A stretch of DNA of 45,405 bases from a virus, in the IMG/VR virus record IMGVR_UViG_3300034069_000390, positions 1-45,405 of that record; one strand, written 5' to 3'. Shown piece by piece: positions 1 through 6,081 of this stretch. Position 1 is the stretch's first letter. Each line of letters begins with the position of its first letter. Under the pieces are notes generated by a model. The model did not search any database. It was not told the origin of the DNA and was given only the letters and a program-made list of their open reading frames with translations. A program made the translations under genes and the position numbers.

Positions 1-141
1 CATCCGACAAGGCAGTGATGCGGGAGGCCTTAGAATATTACGCAGCCGGTATAGGTTTCAGTGAGATTGAGGATGGCGGGCAGGTCGCACGGACAGCGTT
101 GGAAGCCCTCACCACCCCCGCACCCGACAAGGCGCTGATGC
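1..141. repeat. Terminal overlap, copy 1 (identical to 45265-45405)
   Basis: Read directly: the first 141 bases equal the last 141 bases of the window. The repeat lies inside an open reading frame. Confidence 0.95.
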
Positions 142-662
142 CCGAATCTGCAGAGTTGCGTGTGGCGATCCAGCGCGGTCTGTTGGCGGCACTTAGTGAC
201 ACCTACGATTGCACCCGCGTGTGGTCCGCTAGGTCCTACGGGACAATGGGTGAGGATGACTTCGAGCCTGTGCTGAATCGCCTTGATGACCTGATAGACA
301 CGATTGTCGCTGAGATCGCTGCCACCCCCACGCCAGTCGAGGAACCGGAGAAGGGTGCGGCGGGGGATCGCATCAAGTACGATGCGGCTGCAGTCGAGGC
401 GGTGCAACGGCTGCTGGAGCGCGGCAAAGCCTATATCGACCCACAGGGGTATCTAACCCTGATACCCGCTGACAGCGACGTGGACATCATTCTCGACACG
501 GTACTGCTCGCTGCGACCAATGCAGGGCAGGTGGAGGCCTCCATGCGCGCGGCTCTGCGAGACATTGCCGAGGCCGAAGCCATCCCGAACGACGCCGTCG
601 CATTCGTGTGGTGCCGTGACGTCGCCCGCACCGCCCTCAAAGCCAATGGAGATGCATCATGA
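1..662 (+). CDS. 3' part of the junction-spanning CDS that starts at 44772 (384 aa on the closed genome)
   Basis: The frame of ORF 15..662 is open from base 3 (SDKAVMREALEYY). It is in phase with the frame opened at ATG 44772 (45279 = 15, both 0 mod 3). The stop overlaps the next start (ATGA at 659-662). Confidence 0.8.
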   Translation, partial: SDKAVMREALEYYAAGIGFSEIEDGGQVARTALEALTTPAPDKALMPESAELRVAIQRGLLAALSDTYDCTRVWSARSYGTMGEDDFEPVLNRLDDLIDTIVAEIAATPTPVEEPEKGAAGDRIKYDAAAVEAVQRLLERGKAYIDPQGYLTLIPADSDVDIILDTVLLAATNAGQVEASMRAALRDIAEAEAIPNDAVAFVWCRDVARTALKANGDAS

Positions 663-1024
663 CGGTGCTGAAGCCATGTCCGTTCTGTGGCAGGGGTAGA
701 GCCCGCACTATTCACATTCGCGATGGGCGAAAGGTTGCCTGCATCTGTGGAGCGTGCGGCAAGCCTGAGTTCCATGGGCCGCTTGATCGACCGGACGCTG
801 AGACACGCGCCATCACAGCCTGGAACGCCCGCATAGACGAGCCCACTCCCTCGCAGACCGTATCGCAAGATAGGGCGGTGGAGGCTGTAGCGCGCATTTT
901 ATGCAGTCAGGCAGGCTTTGATCCTGATGGTGCGGCGCGTCTTGGTTATGGGTGGATAAATTACGAGAAGAACGCGCAAGAGGTCATCGCCGCCTTCAAG
1001 AAGAGCGAGGTGGGCCATGAGTGA
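659..1024 (+). CDS. Lar-type zinc-ribbon protein (restriction-alleviation-like, tentative)
   Basis: MTVLKPCPFCG...CICGACG, followed by AITAWNAR. CPFCG zinc ribbon as in Lar family proteins. ATGA coupling to the upstream gene. Confidence 0.6.
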   Translation: MTVLKPCPFCGRGRARTIHIRDGRKVACICGACGKPEFHGPLDRPDAETRAITAWNARIDEPTPSQTVSQDRAVEAVARILCSQAGFDPDGAARLGYGWINYEKNAQEVIAAFKKSEVGHE

Positions 1025-1226
1025 GGATATTCGCGAGGTACATGGCATGGCCTGTAAAACCGTGGCTGGCAAGGATGCGCACGTAGTTCTGCAAGAGCGT
1101 AACGGCGCGATCTTCCTCAAAGGCGAGTTCGACGACAAGCTGCTGATGCCCGCCCAAGCACGTTATCTTGCACGTAAATTGGATCGACTTGCAAAGCGTG
1201 TCGAGGAGCGAGCCACCCATGACTGA
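1017..1226 (+). CDS. hypothetical early protein (69 aa)
   Basis: ORF track. 8-nt overlap with the upstream stop. Protein-like composition. Confidence 0.6.
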   Translation: MSEDIREVHGMACKTVAGKDAHVVLQERNGAIFLKGEFDDKLLMPAQARYLARKLDRLAKRVEERATHD

Positions 1227-1271
1227 CGGCATCCCCGCGCGCATCAAGCGCCTCCACCACAGCGAGGCAGC

Positions 1272-1493
1272 ATGACCGAGAAAACCCCAAAGCCCCCGCG
1301 CGTCACATCAAGCTACGCAATCCTTGATGTCGAGAACGGTCGCAAGGCGCTGGCGAAGCACTTGGCCAAGCATGGCTCTGTTCCGGTGCTGATCGAAGCG
1401 GTGATCACGGACCCATACGGCAGCGACGATGGTGTGAGCATCGAGTTCAATTGCCAGGTCATAAGCCTTCGCATCGTGGAACCTGCAGCATGA
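1272..1493 (+). CDS. hypothetical early protein (73 aa)
   Basis: ORF track. GAGG Shine-Dalgarno 5-6 nt upstream of the ATG. Confidence 0.65.
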   Translation: MTEKTPKPPRVTSSYAILDVENGRKALAKHLAKHGSVPVLIEAVITDPYGSDDGVSIEFNCQVISLRIVEPAA

Positions 1494-1533
1494 TCCTATC
1501 CGATATCACCTGTCTTGAGTTGAGGAGTGAGGG

Positions 1534-1749
1534 ATGAGCGAGGAAAGCTACGGATGCCCCGAGTGCGGCCTTTATTCGTGCGTCTGCTACGATGACGACG
1601 ACGAGCCCTACGATGACGATGGCCTAGATGACTGCTCAATGGGGCCAGATGGATACTGTGGGGCTGCAGGGTCGGAATATTGCGACTGGGAATGCCCGCT
1701 GCACAACACGTACTTTGGCACCACCCCCAACCCCAAAGGTAAGCCATGA
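1534..1749 (+). CDS. acidic Cys-rich small protein (71 aa)
   Basis: GAGGAGTGAGGG directly before the ATG. 8 Cys (CPEC, CVC, further single Cys) and 17 Asp/Glu, including the run YDDDDEPYDDDGLDD. Confidence 0.7.
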   Translation: MSEESYGCPECGLYSCVCYDDDDEPYDDDGLDDCSMGPDGYCGAAGSEYCDWECPLHNTYFGTTPNPKGKP

Positions 1750-2219
1750 CCCACGAAGCAAGCGGCAAGCTGCTGGAGCTGGCGGCGAAGTGTGAGGCGG
1801 CGAACGCTGATGAGCAAGGCGCCCTCATCTCAGAGGCGTGGGATCTTCTCAACCCTTCGCCCACCTGCGCCTTCAAGGCCTCCATTGATGACCCTGCCCG
1901 CCTGGCTATGCTGGCGTGGCAAAAGCTCCATCAGGAGTTCTGGCCGAAGCTTAGCGCGAAGGCTTACGAAAGCGCCGCGATTGCTCTGGTGCCTGAGGGG
2001 ATGACCTGGGATCTAGATGAAGGTCCGTCGCATTGGATCCTTGTCGGGAAGCAAAAGCCCGCTGGCCGTGCGCAGGTCTACAGGGTCGGTGACTACATCA
2101 ACAGCGTGACGGGTGAACTAACCGAAGTGTCGGAGCATGGCTTTGCCGCAACCCCTGCCCTTGCCTTGACCGCCGCTTGCCTCCGCGCCCGCGCCCACAC
2201 CCTATCTGGAGATCAATAA
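1746..2219 (+). CDS. hypothetical early protein (157 aa)
   Basis: ORF track. ATGA overlap with the upstream gene. Confidence 0.7.
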   Translation: MTHEASGKLLELAAKCEAANADEQGALISEAWDLLNPSPTCAFKASIDDPARLAMLAWQKLHQEFWPKLSAKAYESAAIALVPEGMTWDLDEGPSHWILVGKQKPAGRAQVYRVGDYINSVTGELTEVSEHGFAATPALALTAACLRARAHTLSGDQ

Positions 2220-2449
2220 TGGAACCGATCGTAGAGGTGAAGCGCGACGACGTTGCCTACCTCGTAAAGCTTGCGGATTGGGCGGCGGGACAAGGGTTCT
2301 GCGGCATTGAAGGCATCGAGGACCCCGACGAGTGGTGTTATCGCCACTGGGATGACACGCGGCCTGATGGGTACTCTGCGGAGGCCCTGGCGGAATATAT
2401 CTCCACCCCCTCCCCTCATCTAAAGGCGGACAATGCCGCGCTGGTGTAA
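2219..2449 (+). CDS. hypothetical early protein (76 aa)
   Basis: Internal ATG of ORF 2177..2449, placed at the TAATG overlap with the upstream stop. Ends at TAA 2447-2449, but the same frame stays open to 2590 (see findings). Confidence 0.6.
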   Translation: MEPIVEVKRDDVAYLVKLADWAAGQGFCGIEGIEDPDEWCYRHWDDTRPDGYSAEALAEYISTPSPHLKADNAALV

Positions 2450-2586
2450 CGCGAGGCAGTCATAGCGTGGCTTCGGCAGGCATCCGACGAGGCGACAAAC
2501 AACAGTCGCGCCGCCGCCCTGAACGAAGCAGTGGACGCCATTGAGGCTGGTGAGCATTGCGCCCTCCAAGCCACCGACCCCCGCCC

Positions 2587-2784
2587 ATGACCACGCCCGA
2601 ACCAACAGATGCCTACCGCATTCGGATGCGCCAGCATGGATTGATCGTCGCCCGCGCCGAGGGCCAACATAGCCTACGAGAGATCATGCACTATGCTACC
2701 GTGTATAGCCAAGACGGCTCGCTATCGATCGAGCGCCGGGTGAACAAGCGGTGGCGCAAGTATGGGGTGATGGAGCATGTCTGA
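2587..2784 (+). CDS. hypothetical protein, last gene of the plus arm (65 aa; alternative TTG start at 2557)
   Basis: ORF track 2557..2784. The ATG at 2587 forms an ATGA overlap with the open frame upstream. Confidence 0.55.
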   Translation: MTTPEPTDAYRIRMRQHGLIVARAEGQHSLREIMHYATVYSQDGSLSIERRVNKRWRKYGVMEHV

Positions 2785-2801
2785 AGCCGAGAAGATCGCG
2801 G

Positions 2802-3053
2802 CTACTTCCGGCAGAGCGCCTCCCACCGCGCATTATGCTCAGCCACGTCGGCCACCGTCTCGATCGTATCGTAGCGGTTCTCCGGATCATCGGCCATCGC
2901 CCGGGTGCCATCCAGCTGCTTGGGCGGGATAGCATAGCTGATCGACTTGAACGCGGTGCAGGAGGTGTCAGCAATCCTTGGGGTTGCGGGCGTGGCGCAG
3001 GCACTCAGCATCGCGAGCGACAGGATCGACGCGCACAGTCTCGGCAGCGGCAT
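2802..3053 (-). CDS. o-spanin (Rz1-like outer-membrane lipoprotein)
   Basis: Signal sequence with the lipobox L-S-A-C (MPLPRLCASILSLAMLSAC). 64-aa mature part with extra Cys residues. The start is embedded in the 3' end of the i-spanin gene. Confidence 0.75.
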   Translation of the reverse strand: MPLPRLCASILSLAMLSACATPATPRIADTSCTAFKSISYAIPPKQLDGTRAMADDPENRYDTIETVADVAEHNARWEALCRK

Positions 3054-3255
3054 TGGCTTTCTCCGTTCGTTCGATCGTCACCGCTTGGTCAGCCTCACGC
3101 TGTACCGCGGCCCCCACGGCTTGATTGCTCTTGTCGTCGGCTTGCTCACGGGCACCGAGCCAGAGGATGAGGCCACCGATCAGCGCGAGGCCGGCAGCGA
3201 TGGCTATGGCCCAGCGTGCTAGGGGTGACAGTCGGGTTATGAGAGCGAGGATCAT
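2968..3255 (-). CDS. i-spanin (Rz-like)
   Basis: N-terminal TM helix (WAIAIAAGLALIGGLILWL) followed by a charged helical periplasmic part. Overlaps the o-spanin gene by 86 nt, the overlapped spanin architecture. Confidence 0.7.
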   Translation of the reverse strand: MILALITRLSPLARWAIAIAAGLALIGGLILWLGAREQADDKSNQAVGAAVQREADQAVTIERTEKANAAAETVRVDPVARDAECLRHARNPKDC

Positions 3256-3479
3256 GGCTCGGCATCCATGACGGTGACAGGATCGGTAGGCGCGCCGCTT
3301 GGGCCTTCAGACTTGGGCCGGAATGTGCCGATCACACCGACAAGGCCGGTCGTCAGTCCGCCGAAGCCAAGAGCCTCCGCATACTTCCCGTAGAAGGCCA
3401 GCACAGCGGCAATCGTGGCGAGATAGCAGATGGCCGCCAGCAGCAGCGAGAAGGCAATGAGCGAGTGCCGGGTGGTCAT
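3252..3479 (-). CDS. two-TM membrane protein (holin/antiholin candidate)
   Basis: 75 aa with two hydrophobic helices. ATGA coupling to the endolysin gene upstream and the i-spanin gene downstream. Confidence 0.6.
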   Translation of the reverse strand: MTTRHSLIAFSLLLAAICYLATIAAVLAFYGKYAEALGFGGLTTGLVGVIGTFRPKSEGPSGAPTDPVTVMDAEP

Positions 3480-4063
3480 GACTCGCTCCGATACAGCCTG
3501 GCCTCATCAGCGCGTCGATTCACCAAACCTTGCATCACTCGGCCATCCGCGCGCGTCCATTTGCCGAACTCAGCAGCGGCACCGGCATAGTCGCCTGCCT
3601 TATGCTTCTTGAGCAGCGTGGAGCCGGCGAAGTTTGCCAACCCTACGTTGTAAGCCAATGATGTCATCGCATCATGCTGGTTCTGCGTTGTAGGCGAGCC
3701 AGCGACGTTGCGCGTCACACCATTAGAGAACTGGCGCACATGCTCGACAAATCGCTTATGTGCCTGCTCTCGGGTCCAGATGGTGCCCTTAGTGATGTCC
3801 GCACCGGTTGAGCCCCAGCCAATCGTCCACGGATCACCGCCACTGCCAGGATCGGGATAAGCCTGCACTCGCCCATCCCCTAAGTCCTTGGAGTAACCCT
3901 CCCACTTCTGGATAAGGGCGAATCCTTTGGGGCCTAGGTCAAATTCTGTCCCATCCTGCGCAATGCCAATCCGATCCAACGCATTATCGATGATCGCTAC
4001 GTCATCGGGATCGATGCGGCCTTTGACTGCGCGGATGGCATCGAAAATAAGCTTGCGTGTCAT
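3476..4063 (-). CDS. endolysin, GH24 lysozyme family
   Basis: LIQKWEGY...AYPDPGSGGDPWTIGWGST...LAYNVG matches the T4/lambda-type lysozyme core (catalytic Glu in WEG). No signal sequence. The start is taken at the internal ATG that forms an ATGA overlap with the upstream gene. Confidence 0.85.
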   Translation of the reverse strand: MTRKLIFDAIRAVKGRIDPDDVAIIDNALDRIGIAQDGTEFDLGPKGFALIQKWEGYSKDLGDGRVQAYPDPGSGGDPWTIGWGSTGADITKGTIWTREQAHKRFVEHVRQFSNGVTRNVAGSPTTQNQHDAMTSLAYNVGLANFAGSTLLKKHKAGDYAGAAAEFGKWTRADGRVMQGLVNRRADEARLYRSES

Positions 4064-4428
4064 ACCCCAAACTTCCAAGTCAGAATAAACAGCGTCCAGA
4101 TCAGGTTAGCCACAAAAGGCCACCCCAGATTGCCAATGGCAGATATGGCGATGACTTCAGCGGCCCAGATGGTGCCCCAGGAAAGCCAGATCAGGTGCGT
4201 GGCCGTACCCGTAACCGGCGTGCTGGGCGAGATCATCCCAGCCGACATGAAGAAGGAAAAACCCAATACCAGCAGGATCATGGATACCGCCAGCCTGACC
4301 GGATCACTGTCCCTAAGCGTCATTTGGCCAGAAGATAGTTGCCCGAAAACCGTGCGCCCCAGATACCACAGGACGAAAGGAACCAGTGTGCCCACCATTC
4401 CCACCAGCCACGCACTCACGTCAGTCAT
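4060..4428 (-). CDS. multi-TM membrane protein (holin candidate)
   Basis: 122 aa with about 4 hydrophobic helices. Immediately upstream of the endolysin gene and coupled to it. Confidence 0.6.
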   Translation of the reverse strand: MTDVSAWLVGMVGTLVPFVLWYLGRTVFGQLSSGQMTLRDSDPVRLAVSMILLVLGFSFFMSAGMISPSTPVTGTATHLIWLSWGTIWAAEVIAISAIGNLGWPFVANLIWTLFILTWKFGV

Positions 4429-4571
4429 CGGTCGGCATCCCTAGCAAACTGCTTGAATGCCTCTATAGCACCTTTCACAGCCTCTTTGTTTTTTGGCATA
4501 CGATCTTCAAGCTCGTGAACACGACTTTTAACGTCGAGCCCCAATGCGTGCTTGATCCAAGCCATAAACAT
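4425..4571 (-). CDS. small soluble protein (48 aa)
   Basis: Internal ATG of ORF 4425..4814, placed at a TAATG overlap with the upstream stop. ATGA overlap downstream. Sequence: MFMAWIKHALGLDVKSRVHELEDRMPKNKEAVKGAIEAFKQFARDADR. Confidence 0.5.
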   Translation of the reverse strand: MFMAWIKHALGLDVKSRVHELEDRMPKNKEAVKGAIEAFKQFARDADR

Positions 4572-4771
4572 TATCCATGCACCCGCTGCCGGTATGCTTT
4601 GAGTTCCTCGTCCACTTCCTTGCGGTATATCTGGTCGCGGGCCTCTAGGCCCTCCACCCTCTTCTCCAAAGGTTTGACGAGATAGCGGACGCACGCGGCC
4701 CATCCCATGCCGAATACCGTGATGAAGGCCGGGATGGTGCCCACTCCAAGCTCTATATCCGCCAGATTCAT
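4571..4771 (-). CDS. single-TM protein with a coiled-coil tail (66 aa)
   Basis: Internal ATG of ORF 4571..4927, at an ATGA overlap with the upstream stop. TM helix GVGTIPAFITVFGMGWAACV followed by a charged helix. Confidence 0.55.
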   Translation of the reverse strand: MNLADIELGVGTIPAFITVFGMGWAACVRYLVKPLEKRVEGLEARDQIYRKEVDEELKAYRQRVHG

Positions 4772-5163
4772 ATGACACGCATGCCCCCTTGCTTCGATGA
4801 TCCATGCGTAACATTGCCTTGAATTTTCTGCAATTTCTGAACCGGAAGGGTTAGCAGAAACTGCAGGGCCACCGCGCCCATGGCGATCTCGTACATGAGG
4901 ACTGGTTCGCATAGATAAGCAAACCACGATGGCAGGAATAGTGCCGCAATCATCTCATCAGCCAGCCCCATTACAGGCGAGGCGATGGCCACCAGCACCA
5001 TGAAGTCAGCCACTAGCCACAAGGGTGCCCAGAAAGGCACTCCAAGCCGCTCCAAAGTGCAGGCGTACACGTAGCTGCCCAACAAGGCCCATGCCGTCCT
5101 GTTACCCATGATGGCCGGCAGGACGGCTAGAATTGCAGTGCCTAGGAGGAAGCGCTCAAGCAC
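4768..5163 (-). CDS. multi-TM membrane protein (about 131 aa; start uncertain)
   Basis: ORF 4768..5223. The GTG at 5163 overlaps the end of the 35-aa peptide gene (GTGCTTGA). An ATG at 5109 is an alternative start. Several hydrophobic helices. Confidence 0.55.
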   Translation of the reverse strand: MLERFLLGTAILAVLPAIMGNRTAWALLGSYVYACTLERLGVPFWAPLWLVADFMVLVAIASPVMGLADEMIAALFLPSWFAYLCEPVLMYEIAMGAVALQFLLTLPVQKLQKIQGNVTHGSSKQGGMRVI

Positions 5164-5263
5164 GTGTCTTTTGCGGCTTGATGGGCTTCGGGGACTTCTT
5201 CTTGTCCTTATCCTTGGTAGCAACCTTGAGAAGCGGAACGGGAGGTTTAGGGGGTTTTGCCAT
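5156..5263 (-). CDS. 35-aa Lys/Pro-rich peptide
   Basis: AAGGAG sits 7 nt before the ATG. Sequence: MAKPPKPPVPLLKVATKDKDKKKSPKPIKPQKTRA. Fills the gap between two genes on the same strand. Confidence 0.5.
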   Translation of the reverse strand: MAKPPKPPVPLLKVATKDKDKKKSPKPIKPQKTRA

Positions 5264-5280
5264 GGGCGTGCTCCTTGTTG

Positions 5281-6081
5281 CTATTTGAGAACTGGGGTAA
5301 ATCCACGCACCGTAGCCGATGCAGCACCTCCCAGCGGCTCGACGCCGATCGCCGCGCCGTTCAGCCACCACAACCCATCCACGACGTCGGCAGCGCGCAA
5401 GAAATCGATCGCGCCCTTGCCGTCGAAGTTGCCGGTATCGAGCTTGCCGCCCGGCGGGATGAACGTGGCGTACTTGCCCGCCACGCCGCTGTAGTTCAGC
5501 GCGACGGTCCAGGGCTTCTTGTAGCGATCCGTGAACACGCCCAGCTGCTTGCCGGTCGCCGCCCACTTGATCGTCTCGGCGGGCGCGTTCCACATCCATC
5601 CGATTTCAATCGCCTTCGTGTCGGCATCTCCGGCAACCTTGGTCAGGTAGAACTCGCCCAAACCGTTGAAGAGGCGACTGTCGCCAGCCATGTCGACCTG
5701 ATAGCCGAACACCAGATCGTTGATTGCCGCGACCTGACGCGGCGCGATCGGCGTCGGGTACTTGCCGTTGTCGTAGTTGCCCCAGGCCACGAAGTTGTAG
5801 CCTAACACGCCGCACACCTTGCGCAGCTTGGCATCAGGCCAGCGCCAGGCGAACTGGACGTTCTTCGCCTGGGCAAGGTCGCCCGAGTTGTACGAAACCG
5901 TGTTGATGTAGTCCCGTCCGGCGACGAGCGTCTTGTCCTGGTAGGCGCACCACGGCGAGTTGTACGCTGTGTAGGCACCTTCCGTAGCGGCTTGGCGATC
6001 CACCTTGACGACGGGTTGGGCTGCGGCGGGTGTGGCGGCGAAGAACGCTAGCAGGAGGGCGAGGATCAGGCGCATGGTCAC
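5281..6081 (-). CDS. exported protein with a Sec signal peptide; possible GH12-like beta-jelly-roll glycanase (tentative)
   Basis: MTMRLILALLLAFFAATPAAA/QP is a classical n-h-c signal with AXA cleavage. IEIGWMW and IGVEPLGG resemble the two catalytic-Glu motifs of GH12. ATGA coupled to the tail fibre gene. Confidence 0.7.
   Translation of the reverse strand: MTMRLILALLLAFFAATPAAAQPVVKVDRQAATEGAYTAYNSPWCAYQDKTLVAGRDYINTVSYNSGDLAQAKNVQFAWRWPDAKLRKVCGVLGYNFVAWGNYDNGKYPTPIAPRQVAAINDLVFGYQVDMAGDSRLFNGLGEFYLTKVAGDADTKAIEIGWMWNAPAETIKWAATGKQLGVFTDRYKKPWTVALNYSGVAGKYATFIPPGGKLDTGNFDGKGAIDFLRAADVVDGLWWLNGAAIGVEPLGGAASATVRGFTPVLK

Noticed and set aside
1-141. The 141-bp repeat considered as a biological direct terminal repeat defining the physical genome ends.
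   Set aside because: The repeat falls in the middle of an intact gene, and the terS/terL layout is P22-like. Both favour headful packaging with circular permutation, plus an assembler overlap. This cannot be excluded without read data.
2785-2801. A bidirectional intrinsic terminator at the point where the two arms converge.
   Set aside because: Only a 5-bp imperfect stem (AGCCG/CGGCT around 2774-2795) is present, and there are no flanking T or A tracts. This is not convincing.
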